Of a stretch of 64,000 nucleotides of DNA, positions 37,589 to 50,900 are shown in pieces (within the stretch, counting starts at the first letter, position 1; every line of letters begins with the position of its first letter). The position numbers and the translations under genes are program-made. Under the pieces are notes generated by a model, which did no database searches, was not told where the DNA came from, and saw only the letters and a list, made by a program, of their open reading frames with translations. The stretch is from Geosiphon pyriformis uo1 (Eukaryota; Fungi; Glomeromycota). The stretch is taken from NCBI GenBank assembly GCA_016748015.1, contig JAAOMT010000480.1, forward strand, positions 62,001 through 126,000. Reading direction: 5' to 3'.

Positions 37589-38361
37589 TGTTACCAGAGG
37601 TTTTTGGTCTCTTTTCTGTAATGTTGTTGGTACCTGTTTGTTATGAATTCACGTTTTCTGGATGTGGTTGAACCTTCAGTAACTGAATTTTCTCTTCAAA
37701 TTATCTCCTATAATTTGAACTGCTGGGCTTATAAGTGGAATAACCAATTCCTTGCCAGTTACTTTATGTAGTTACATTGTAGTAAATATCAACTCTTTCT
37801 CAAGAATTGCTTGTCTAGAAGCTCACTAAAAATGTGTAGTTACTTTGCTGTGAAAGTCAACTCTTCTACAGGAATCTCGTCTGTAGGCTACCCTAATAAT
37901 TGTAATAAGAAAAGAGAAGAAAAATAAAAGAAATGTAAAAGAAATAGAATTTTATCAAGGAAAACGTTTTCTATCCAGGCTTGGAGTCACTAACAGTTTA
38001 CTGAAATTGGTAGCTAATCAATTTCAAAACGTTAGTTGGGTTTTGAGGATTTTTCAAGTGTAATAATTAAAGAATTTGGTTTTTCGAATTATTTGATATT
38101 TATTTCTTTTTGTGTGTGTGGNNNNNNNNNNNNNNNNNNNNAATTTCGGCGAATTTTAGAATGTTACAAAGTTCAGGGTATTGTGTAATTTGATCATCCT
38201 ACTTTCTGTTATACTAATTAGATTCTTTTAATTGAATCGTGATATGTGATAATTGATTAAATAATAAATAATAATTTGAAATGATATTAATATACTAATT
38301 AATTATAGGAATTATAAGGGTAATTTCATGCTAATTAATAGCTAAAATTCTACTGGTAACA
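37589..38361 (-). repeat. 5' LTR of B (contains an assembly gap)
   Basis: Adjacent to the PBS; matches 28657-29628. Confidence 0.92.
38122..38141. other. Assembly gap (20 N)
   Basis: Run of N; the sister LTR has ~220 bp (about 29190-29408) at this position. Confidence 0.98.
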
Positions 38362-39789
38362 ATGTGAATATTAGAATTAAGGTATTTGAACTTCTGTTTT
38401 CTATTTTGGCTGAGTTGTAAGCTGTTGCTTTGGTTTTGAAGTGTGTTCTATCTTTTTGTATTGTGGTTTTTTATTTGAACAGCCAATTTGCAATTAATGC
38501 TTATGTGTCTGAAGTTTTGTCTGTTGTGTCTGACTTCTATAATCAATGTTGAATTGAGAAATTGTATATAGTCAATCTTATTAAGAATAAAAATATTTTG
38601 GTTAATTAAGTAAAAGTTAAGAGTCATTCAAGAATTCTGGGCAATGTCCAGACTGATGTATTGATTAGTAAAGCCACTTTTTCTTCTTTTTCTTTGCCAG
38701 TTGGGATTCAAGAATGGTTTTTGGTTGCTGAGAGTAATGCTATTTTTGGTAATATTTGTTACTTTGTTTATAATCTATACTGGTCAATTTGCTGTGCTTA
38801 TTAGAAAACTGATCCTGATTATAATGTGGTTCTAAGTACTATAATTAAAAAAATTAATTGGACTGTAACTGTGAAAGTTTGGCAATCTGATTTGCATATA
38901 CTATCTGGATTTATTAGTAAGAATTCAGCTAATTTGCACACTTATTTAATAAAAGTGATGTATAGGCAGCTGCCAGTAGTAGTTAGAAAGAGACTGTATA
39001 ACAAAACTTATTCTGGGGTACTGTGTTTGTTGTATGATGAGATAAAGTTGTCTGACCACGTTTTTACTTATTCTGATAATGCCTATTTACATGAAGACAT
39101 TTTGGCTGAGGCTGCTAAGAGATGGATGTCTTTGATGAGTCATTTTTATCTACTTATTTTGGCTGTTTTGCATTTACTTTTGATGTGTTTTTTGGATATA
39201 GGTCTTTATGCTGCAATTTACAAAGGTTTTGTGTTAAGTGATTGATTTACTGAGACTATTTTGGTCTTTAAAAAGAAGAAAAAAACTGCTCTGGCTCTCA
39301 TTAATTATGTTAGATTTGTAGTAAAATTACATCACACCAAGATATAGATTGTTAAATTCAAATATAGAGTGGATATAGAAAAGACTGATTTGGTTAGTGA
39401 TAATAGTTTGGTTGTAGACTTGTCTCATTGTGTGATGTTTTTGTTGTCAAATGAAGTGATTTGTATGCTTGGTATTATAGAATTTTTTGCTATTAGTTTT
39501 GGTAAACACAGACTATGTTATTTTTTTATGAGTTTAGATAGTAATGTATTTGTGAATATAAATGTGTAGTGTTGCCTTGTCTGGCCCAAGTGGCTAGCCA
39601 CATGTAGTAAATGCATGAGCTGTATTTAGTTTGTTCTACTTAGTTTGGTTCTATGTACTAAATAGCAGTTGAACTTCACTCTTTAATCTTATAATAATAA
39701 TAATAATAATAAAATAATATATATTAATTTTTTATTATTAATTAAATTTAAAACTAAACATAAAAACTATAATTAAAAAAATTTTTTTT

Positions 39790-41910
39790 TATGTCTAAAA
39801 TTCTTTAAAGAACATATTTTTTGATAAAAAAGTTTTTTATTTTTTTTGTTGTTTTTTTTTAATATTTTTTAAACAAATAATTTTTTTATTGTAAATTTGA
39901 AAATTGTTTTAAGTAATAGTATATCTAAAAAAAAAATGTTTAAAAATATTTTTTATGGTCCTATTAATGATTTTTTTTTTAAAAAAAAAGAATTGTTTTT
40001 GGTAATATAAAAAACTTTAATAATAAAAAAAATGTTTTTTTGATTAAGTCTAATCTTAATAGTAATATGTATCTAGATATAAATAATAAGTCTAATAATA
40101 GTAAAAACAATAATATTTTGGCTAATATTAATAAAAATTTTTTTTAGGTTTGACTGCTGTTACTTTCAAAGTCAAGAAAATAAATACTAATATAAATTGT
40201 GGTTTTTTTTTCAGTTTTCTTAAATTTAAAATGAAAAAAAATAATAAATTTTTTTTTCTTTTTTTTAATATTTCTTTGAATAAATGATAAATTAATTCCA
40301 AAATAGTAAAAATTCAAGTTAAAAAATTTTTTGTGTTAGATATTAATTTTTTAGCAGTTAAAAAAAAATTAGCAATGGTAAAAGTACAGATTATTAAGAA
40401 AATTTTTTAAAAATAAACAGTTTTGGAAAGAGTTATTATTTTTTTAAAATTTAAAGAGATTATTAAATCTATATTTATATCTAAAAAGACCATAAAAAAA
40501 GCTATATTATTATAAATAATAATTTTAAAAGACAAAGATTTTATTTAAATTAAGCTATAATTATTAAAAAAATTTTCATAGATATATTAAAGAATATAAT
40601 TATTGTTGTAATAGTTAAGTTTAATTAAATAATATTAATCTGATTACAATTAAACTATGGCAAAAAACTGTGATAAAATTCTCTAAATTAAATTAAGTTA
40701 ATTATCTGGTGTTTAAATAATTATTCTTAATTAGAAAAAATTCAGTATATATGACCAAAGTTACAGGAAATTAAGATATTTGAATGTTTAGAAATTAATT
40801 TAAGACACTTTTATTTATTTTGCTTATAAGAACAACTACTTATAATTTTGATGTTTTATTAGAAAAAGCTGATAAAAAAACTTGTATAATTAACTATTTA
40901 TTTAAGACTAACAATAAAATTTATTATATTGTAATTGGTTTTTTGTATAGAATTAATTTTTAATAATATAAAACTTTTTTGGATTAAATTAGATTTAATT
41001 TGCTATAAGAAATTAAATACTTTAAACACTTTAATGTAATTTTACTGGCTTATTTATTTTTATTATAAAATTTGCTTTAGATAAAAATTGTCTTTAACTG
41101 GCTTATTTTTATGTTAAGAAAAATGTTTTTATTATACAATTTGTGACTTTTAGTAATAAGTTTTAATTACAAATAATTTCTTCAATAATTACTTCTTTTA
41201 TTGTTTTTTATGATCTTTATATTAATGCTTTTTTTGATATTTTTTTCTTAAATATTAATTCTCCAATTTTACTTATTAATGCTTATTTGGTATTACTAAA
41301 ATAATTTTTAGAGCTTTTAACTAATTAAATATTGAATATTTATCATAAGTTAAATAATATAAGCTGGATTTTTTATGTTTTTATTGTTTTTTTTCTTACA
41401 AATTGATATGCCAGTTTTTGACTTAAAGTTAAGTTTAGAGATGATCATTAATATTTTATTTATGCTTTTTTTTTTCTTTGTAATAAGTATATTAAAGTTT
41501 TTATTATGGATTTAAATAGTTCAAAAGTCTTAACTTCTAAGATAAGAAGTTTAAAATCAAAGATAATTGCTTTAAAAGTTTTAATTGGCTTAATTTTAAC
41601 AAAGTTAAATTTGCTATATGTTGGTTTAAATTCTTTAGTTTTTTACATATTTTAATGAATAAGTTTATTTAAAAAATAGCTACATGTAATATCAAAGATA
41701 TGAACAATCTAACTAAGCAAAAAGATGTTTTTTATTGTTATATTAAGTTTAAAAATATGATTTCTATTGTTACAAAGATTAAGTTAAGATCTAGTATTAA
41801 ACTATAGATTATAAATAAATTTAGTGGTGTTTGAATCTTCATATTTGGTTTGAATAAAGTTTTTTTGGTGCTAATATAGCTATTATTAATAATTTTTTGG
41901 CTTAACATAT
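39790..41910 (+). mobile_element. Extremely decayed 5' part of LINE copy 3 (5' UTR, ORF1, start of endonuclease), cut by a family C LTR
   Basis: Colinear with 59170-61400 (e.g. aaattttttgtgttagatattaattttttagcagtt vs aaatcttttgctttggacatcaatctttcagctgt). The ORF1/ORF2 junction aATGAata is at ~41655. Confidence 0.8.
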
Positions 41911-44900
41911 TGTTATAGATAATTATTTAGAGTGTTGAAATAAATAACAAATCTGTTAATTAATGCTTAATAGTTAATAATATTATGGATGATTTCTGAA
42001 AATTTTTTGAATTTGAAGATTTTTGGTTAAGTTTTTTATATAATAAACAAAGATTTATTTGGTAGTTGTTTTTTCAACTTTTTTTTCTAACATAAAGGCT
42101 AATTTAATCTGACAGTTATGCTCTTTTAGTAAGCTATCTTTAAGTTTTCATCTTTGTTTTACGGATTTTTTATTAGGTTATCTTTGACATTAATATTTTA
42201 GTGCTTAATCTTATAATTAATTAGCATACTATTATAAATTGAAGTAACAAGCTAACAGATAGCAAAAGAAAACAGGATTGTAGGGTAATGAAATTAATTA
42301 AAGAGGATTTAACTTCAAAAAGCAAATTAAATAAGTATAGATTCAATATGTAAGATCAATCTCATAAAATATCTCAGTTGCTATTTTTTTTAAAAAATAA
42401 CCAAGAAATTTAAAAATAGAAAAATAGTTTGTATTGTCAACAAATAATAATACACTAATATAATTTTATGTTTTATGTTAGTACTCTTAGAATTTAATAT
42501 TAGGTATTAGATGTACTCTTCAGTCATGTTTTATTTAATAATTTTTAAATACTATAATTATATAAGTTAGGAAAAAAGTAAATAAATCCCAACAAGTAAT
42601 CTTTTATTCCAAAATATTCAGATACTTGAAAATAAAAAAAAGAAAATAGTAATAAGAGAAGAATTAAAATAATAGTTGTTATTTTATTTTCTTTATTTCT
42701 TATATTCAATTATTTGCTATATGCTTTTCTATATTTAAAAGACTTATCACTTATATAGCTATTAAAAGTGGTCAATGATTAAGTCAATAATTAGATCAAC
42801 AGTTAGATTATTAATCAAGTCAATAATTACTATCTAAAAATAAAATGGCTAATTATATAATATTAATGGTTAATACATATAATAACTAATAAAAACTATG
42901 GGTTTTAATCATAACATTATTCTCTTTAAAGAAATTGAGCTCTGGCAAAATTAAACTATTTATAAAATATTCTATTTAAAAGATTTTATCTAATTCAAAA
43001 CTAACTAATTTGGTAAAGTTTTTTGTGGATAGAGTGTATAGTATTTAAGGTAAAATAAGTTTTATATCCAAGAAACCAAATTTTTGTTCTTTTTACAATA
43101 GTCAAAACTCTTAAGATATCTAATTATATAATACCCAAAATTTCCATTTTTATCTTTAAAGTTGTTTTTTTATGAGCTTTATATTTTTTATGATTTCACC
43201 AAAGTGATTATAGAGCTCTAGTTGTTTTTTATATAACAAGTTTTTGTCTATAGACAAAATTTCTTTAATTGTTTTTCTAATTATAATAAAAGATATAAGT
43301 ATTGCTGTTATTATACTTTTTAGCAGATACTTATTATTTTATTACTAATTTTTTCTCTTTTGATAATGGTTTTTTTTGGTTTAAAAACAGTATATATTCT
43401 ACTGTTATTAGTTATAGTAGTTTGTTTTTCAATAATCAGAGTAGTATTTGATCTAATACTTATAGAGAGTATAAAAAGTGTTTTAAATGTTTTGATTCAA
43501 AAAATATTTGTTTATGTTGATTGAAGATACCTCTGTTTTGAGAATAATGTATTTATTTATATCTAATTTTTACTAATTATTTGGATTAGTATTATTATAA
43601 CAGATAACCAATCAGATTGTTTATAATATTTCTTAAGTTGTGTACTGTAAATAAAACAATTATTGAAGATTGTTTTATATTGATTTTGTAGAATATATAA
43701 CCCATTATTTAAAACTTTGTTGACTAAAAAAGGTCTTTTCTATCAGTTAGAAAATTTATTATTATAGATATTATTTCTGTTTAAGCAATATTTTAAAACT
43801 AAGTTATTAATACTTAAGAAAAGTGTTTTATAAGTTTTTTTCTTCTTAAGCTTTTCTTAAAACTGCTTTTTTTTCAAAAACAATTATTTGTGTTTCTATT
43901 AAAAAGTCAAGAATAGTATTAAATCTTCTTTGCAAAATGTTTTTGTAATCTTTTATTGTTATTTTTTTAAAAAATATTGTCTCAATATTAGGTTTTATTA
44001 GTAGAATTGTTTTTTGTTTATAAAATAAATAAAAAAGTTCATAACTTGTTATGTTATAATTCACAGTTTTATAAACAAACAAAGCTAAAAACAATACTTT
44101 GTCTTATAAGTTTGTTTTTTTATTGGTTTTAGCTAAGATTTCATATAAAGTTTTATTGAAATATTTTATTAGACTATTTGTCTAAAAGTAATAAGAGGAA
44201 AAAATTTATAATATATTTTCATTTTTCTACAAAGTTTTTTAACCAAAATACTAAGAAAAGTTCTTTCTCTGTTAAATAAAAGTTCTTTGGAATAGTTATA
44301 ACAACAAATTATATTTTTATTAATAAAATTGGCAATAAAGATTGTTGTTTGATTTGAAATGACTCTTGTTTCTACTTATTTTTTAAAATAGTCAGTAGTT
44401 ATAATAATATATCTGTTGTTATTAAAAATTATTATTAAAAATCCAACAATATATATACTAATTCTGTTAAATAATTAATCAACAGAGATTGAATGAATAT
44501 TTTTCTTATAATTGGGGGTTTTTTTTCTTTGGCAGATATCACAGGTTTTAATGTATTTAGAAATGTTTTTTTTCAAGGTAAACTAATAATAGCAAGCTAA
44601 AGTTTTTTAAATTGTTTTTGTTTTTTCAAAGTATTTAGTTAATGAATTAATATATATGTTATAAATTACAATTTTTTTTTTTTAAATTTGATAACTTTTT
44701 GGAAATAGTCAGGATCTTTTTTATTTCTTTTGTAAAGTTAATTTTGGTAAATTAAATAGAAATTTAATTGTTTGCATAAATGTTCTCTTTGCTGTTAAGT
44801 ATAGTCTGATAAGTATTGTTCTTTATCCAAAAATTTTATTAATACAGTGTAGTTGTCTAAATCTATTATTATGTTTGTTTAAAAAAAAGTTACTAATAAT

Positions 44901-47900
44901 TAAATTGGTTTGGTCTAAGAAGATTATACTATTATTGAATAGTAAATCTAAAAAAAATGTTGGTGTTTTAATAATTAGCTCCTTTGTAATATTGTATATT
45001 ATAGTCAAATTTGTTCAGATGAAGTATTCAGTAAGTTATTCTTTTGTGTTCTAGCTTTTTTTGTTATACAGCCAAACCAAAGCTTAATAATTTGTTATCA
45101 CCAAAAATTTTACACCAAAAAAATATTTATTCCAATAACTGGTAGTCTAAACTACTGTTAACCATTTTTGCTCAATAACTAAATAGTTTTGTTTTACTAA
45201 TGAGAGTGTTTTACTGGCATATGCTATTGTATATTCTTTGTTATCTTTATTTTTCTATGAGAAAATAATACCAAGTCTATAGCTAAATGTATTAGTATAG
45301 AGGATAAAAGATTAATTCAGATTAAATTACATAAAAATAAATTCTGTAACCAATTTTTTTTTCAAAGTTTTAAATATTTTTTGTTAATATATACTCCAGT
45401 AGTAATTAATATTTTTTTTAAGTAATTAATTAAAAAAAAAGACAATTTTGGAGAAATTCTTAACAAATTTGTGATAATAAGAGACCAAACCAAGAAAAAA
45501 GTATAGTTTATAAACATTTATTAATTGCTTAATATTCTGGATTTTTTTAATCTTGGCTGGATCCAAAAAAATTTTATCTTTTATAATAAGATGACTGAGA
45601 AATTATGTGAATTGTTATCCAAAAAAAGACTTAATTAGATTAATTTTAAGGCCAGCATTTCTGAGAAAATTAAAAATTTTTTGCAAATATTTAAGATATT
45701 TATCCCAGGTTTTTGAATATATTATTATATTATCTAAGTAAACTAGAACAAAGTTTTTTTTTACTAATTTGAATACTTTGTTTATCAAGTATTGAAAAGT
45801 ATTGGTAAGACCAAAAAACATAACTGTAAATTTATAAATGCCATACTTGGTAATAAAAACAGTTTTCTTTTAACTTTCTGAATCAATCTCTACTTGCCAG
45901 AATTCAGTAGTTAAATCAATAGTTGAAATGAAAGCAGCACTATTGAATTAGTCTAGTATTGCATTAATTTTGAGAAGTAAATATATGGTTTTTTAGTGAT
46001 AATATTTAATTATCAGTAATCAATACAGAAACATAAAATTTTACTATTTTTGGATATTATTACAACTGGAAATACTTATTTACTCTTGGTTTTTTGTATG
46101 AATTCAAAATTTTTTATTTAGTTTATTTCTTTTTTAATGAATTTATTATTGTAGTAATTGGATTAATAAGGCTTTAAGTAGATAAAGTGAGTTTTTTTAA
46201 TGGTAATAATATGTTGTATTATATAAATACATCCAGAAATATTACTTTCTTTTGAAATAACTAAGCTATTTCTAGTCAGCAAATTTTTAATGTCAATTTT
46301 TTTTTTAGAAGAAAGTTTTTTTGTTTTATTATTAATAACTATATTTTTAATAATTTACTTTCAAAGAATTTCTGTACTTTTTTTATTTTTTCTCTAAGTA
46401 TTAAGCTAATAGTTCTTAATTTTTGTAATAAATTAGACAAGACATATATTTATTACTAGAAAAATATAAAAATTTGTTATACCAATACCAAACATAAAAA
46501 CTATGCTATCAATAATTATATTTGGCTTTTTGTTAAAGATTCTTCTGAACATATCATAATAAGACCAACAGATTAGCTTGCTATTTACAATAATTCTTTT
46601 TCTGTTAGCTTTAATATTATCTAATAACTTGTTATTACTGGTAAAAGTAGTATAAACAAGTTTAGTAGTTTCTTCTTGTTTTTTTTGTTTTTTGCTTTTT
46701 TTATTATCTGATTAATTTTATTGTTTTTTTTTGGTTTTGCTTAAGCACTAAAAAAGTTGTTCAATGGCAATACTTAATCATAATAGGTTTCTTACTACAT
46801 CTAATAATTAGTTTACAAAGTTCATAATCAAACAAAGCTTTTGTTTTCTTAAGCCATTTATTGTTAACAATTATAATGTATTTTTTTTCTTTAAATACTT
46901 TTATGTTAGTTTTAATGCTGATGTTATTAATGCAAACAAGAATAGCTTTAGCAATACTAAGTTATTTTTTTTTGTTATTGTGCACATTGGTTATAGATCT
47001 GGTTAAAAATTATCTATTTTTCTGCCAATAGCTTTAAAAAAGTGTTTAGCAATAATACTAATAGATAATCTACTGTCTAAAATCAAGTTAATAAAATATT
47101 CAGCCCCTTGGGCTTTGCAAATTAGAGATGTAATATTGCTGTTATTAGCAAGTTCAACTTGACAAAGATATTTGTTGGTTTTTGGTGTTTTTTTTTTGGG
47201 ATCAAAAATTTGTAAAAATTTTTTCTGAACTGTGAATGGATTATTAACTGGCCAAAAATAATGTAAACTGATGTTTCCATAAGATTTTTGACAACAAAAT
47301 ATGAATCAGATTTTTGTACAATTTCTGAAAATTCTAGCTTTGAAACATTCTTGAAGATTTTTGTTTTGATGGCTTATTATTATCAACAGTTAATATAAAA
47401 GCTTTATTGAAATCCAGAGTAAAATCAACTTTTTTTTTTTTTTTTTTTTTGTTAAGTTAATAAAGTTGATAACCAGTTCATTCATATTATGATTATTATT
47501 GGTTAAGTTAAAGACATAAATAGAGTTTTTTTTCTAATTGGCTTGTATTTTTATCTTTTTGAGATGCATTTATTAGTTTAAAGACTAATAAACAGTGGCT
47601 TTAACCAAAAATTTTCTTCAAATAAATTAATGTTGGCTTAATTAAGTCTTTGATTAAAAACATTATTGTTGTTAGATTTATTGTTCTAAGTCTAATTGTT
47701 TTTAAGAGCTGAAAAAAACAAGAAAAAATTGTTGCAATTTCTTGAAAAATGTTTAGTTAATTTACAGTAATAATATATAAATGGGCCATGATTTTGCTGT
47801 CTTTAATAAAATAATTGCTAAGACTGATTAAAATGGAATTCAAATCTGAATTTTTGAGATTATTGATTTTTTTTAACTGTTTGGGCTAAGAATTCCAGTA

Positions 47901-50900
47901 ACTGGACAAAATTGGCTGTAAGTTTATCTATTAATTGTTTATTAGAATCTTAGATTTGGGCAGTAAAAGAGATAGCAGTTATTTGAAAAACAGAAGCCAA
48001 AATAAAAGCAGAAATAAAAACTAAAAATGTTGATCCCAAGTGTATTTTTTTGATTGTTTTCAATTTTTTGTGCAAGTTTAATGGCCATATCTATTATGAG
48101 ATTATTTTTTAGAGCCAAGAAAGACCAAAAAGCATATAAAAAATCAGTTTTTAATTCTTTTATAAAAAAGTGAATCTTTTGTTTTTTTGTCTAATTTTTT
48201 CCAAAATCTACTTATTTAATTAATTTTTTGATTGCTTTAGTGTATTCAATTATAATTTTATTAGAACCTTAGGTTTTTTTTTAGTTTCATGTATTACATA
48301 GATATTAAAATTGGGGTTCTGAATTTGGTTTTAATTAGGTAGTAAAAAAAAAATTTGTTTCTTCAATATTGATTGGTATTTATCTAATAATTTTTTGAAA
48401 AGTATTAACATTAGTTTTTTATAAAAACCAGATAGCAAAAGAGTCTTAAAGATAACTACCAACGATTTGGAACTTGTATTCATTATCATATTTGGTTGTA
48501 ACAGTTTTCTTAAAGTCATCTAATTATTTAATTAAATCTTGTATATTGTTTCTAAATAATAATAATAAAGTATTGTTTTTTTGCTCTAAAGCAGTTTATA
48601 TATCTTGAAAAGTGGCCAGAATGTTTGTTTGCATGGAGTTAACAGTTATTGATTCAAAAGTAGCTGTTTAAGTATAATGCTTTAATTTACTTGAAAAAAG
48701 ATCAAAAATAAAAATGGTTTAATAACTTTTTTTTTCTGTTTCAAAGAAAGTTTTAGCTAACTAATAAGCAGCAATTCAGATGTAAATTTGGTGATTCAGA
48801 TATTCAAAATTAAGAAACTGTTGTTTAAAGATTGTTGAATATAAAAGCTGATTAATATTGTTGTTTCTTTCTTTAAAAGTTTTTTCAAAGTAAATTTAAT
48901 CAAAAAAATAGATTGTATAAGCTGTATAAATTTTAGCTAATGGCTCATTCAAGAACCAGTTTTAAAAATTTTGGAATTATCTACTAAATTGTTCTTCAAC
49001 AAAAAAGCAGATCAAGCAGAAAAACAGAAAATTGAGTTCAATAAAGTTTAGATTGTTTTTGTTGTATGTTATAAAATATTTTTCTGTTTGTTATAACAGA
49101 TATAAATAATTACTTATACAATAAAGAACAAAATAAATTTTGACAATCTTATAAAAAACACTACTTTTATGTTATGGATTGAAATAATAAACTAATAAAT
49201 AACAAAAAAAAACAGGATTGTAAAGTGATAGAATTAATAAAAGAGAATTCAACTTTAAAAAGTGAATTGAATAAGTATAGATTCAATATGCAAGATCAGT
49301 CTTATAAAATATCTTAGTTGTTATTTTTTTTAAAAAATAACTAAGAGATTTAAAAGTAAAAGAATAATTTATACTGTTAATAAATAATAATACACTAATA
49401 TAATTCTATGTTTTATATTAGCACTCTTAGAATTTAATATTAGGTATCAAATATACTCTTTAGTTATGTTTTATTAATAATCTTCAAATATTACTATTAT
49501 GATTGAAACTCACACTTTTTATTAGTTATTACATGTATTAGCCACTGATATTATATGATTAACTACTCTATTTTTAGATATAATTATTGACCTAATCAAT
49601 GACTTGACTGTTGATTTAATTATTAACCTGATTATTGACCTGATTAATGATCTAACTATTGACCTAATTATTAATCTAATCATTAACCACTTTTGATAAC
49701 TATATAAGCAATGAATCTCTTAGCTATAGAAAAACATGTCAGAAATCAAGGAAATAAAATAAATAAAATAACAACTTTTATTTCAATTTTTCTCTTATTG
49801 CTAATTTCTCTTTTCTTATTTTCAAGTATCTAAACATTTTGGAATAAAATATTACTTGTTGGTTATTCTCTATCTTTTTCTGAAACATGTAATTGTAGTA
49901 TTTGAAGATTATTGAATAAAATGTAATTAAAGAGTACATTTAATACTTAATATTGAATTCTAAAAGCACTAATATGAGACATAAAATTATACCAGTATGT
50001 AATTATTTGTTAACAGTATGGACTATTTCTCTATCTTCAAATTTTCTGGTTATTTTTTAAAAAGTATAATGACTGAGATATTTTATAAGACTGATTTTGT
50101 ATATTGAATCTATACTCATTTAATTCACTCTTTGAAGTTGAATTCTTTTTGATTTTTTTTATCACTCTACAATCTTGTTTTCTTTGCTATCCATTAGCTT
50201 GTTACTCCAACTTGTAACATAAAAGTGGTGCTCTCTGTGAAATTGTCAAAATTCATTTTTGTTTTTTATTGTATGGGTGATTATTCATACTTGCCACAAC
50301 AATCAGAAAAATACTTTGAAGCACACAACAAAAACAACCTAGACTTTATTGAACTTAATCCTTTGCTCTTCTGCTTGATTTGCTTTTCCATTGAAGAACA
50401 ATTCAGTAAACAATTTCAAGACTTTTGGAACTGGTTTTTAAATGAACATTCAGCTGACATCTACACAGCCTATACAATCTATTACTTTAATTTGGCTTAT
50501 TTTGAAAACAACTTTGAAAAAAACAACAGCACTATTAATCAGCTTTTATATTCCACAATCTTTGAACAACAGCCTCCTGATTCTGAATATTTAAATTACC
50601 AAATTCACATTTGGATTGCTGCTTATTAGCTAGCTAAAACACTCTTTGAAACAGAAGAAGAAAGCTATCAAACTGCTTCTGTTTTTAATTTTTTTTCAAG
50701 TAAATTAAAACATTTTACACAAACAGCTATTCCTGAACCAATAACTAATGATCTTATGTAACAAAACATTTTGATTGCTCTCCAAAACATACAAACTGCT
50801 TTAGAATGAAGAAACAATACTCCATTATTTTTATTTAGAAATGATACATAAAATCCAATTGAATGATTAGATGATTTTAAAAGAACAGCCACTACCAATT

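Larger units (their letters stand above)
28657..38361 (-). mobile_element. Ty3/Gypsy LTR retrotransposon, family B (full length, relatively young, carries dUTPase)
   Basis: LTRs at 28657-29628 and 37589-38361 with TGTTAC..GTAACA termini; TSD ATGT at 28653-28656 and 38362-38365; PBS TGGTGCTCTCCTATGG (rc 37571-37586); PPT AAGAAGGAGA next to 29628. Motifs: gag CHYCGIPEHWKRDC, protease LILDS, RT YLDD (~32720-32731), RNase H, integrase. Confidence 0.95.
27354..39710 (+). mobile_element. 5'-truncated LINE copy 2 (RT C-terminal half, RNase H, CCHC-like, (AAT)n tail); interrupted by Gypsy B at 28657-38361
   Basis: 27354-27734 matches LINE RT (AFVDNMIW). 28427-28656 is the start of RNase H (IEVYTD..AAAYF). 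Sequence resumes at 38362 (VKVKSHS..GNVQTD). The 3' end matches copy 1 and ends in (AAT)n at 39691-39710. Possible TSD AAAATAAT at 27347-27354 / 39711-39718. Confidence 0.85.
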
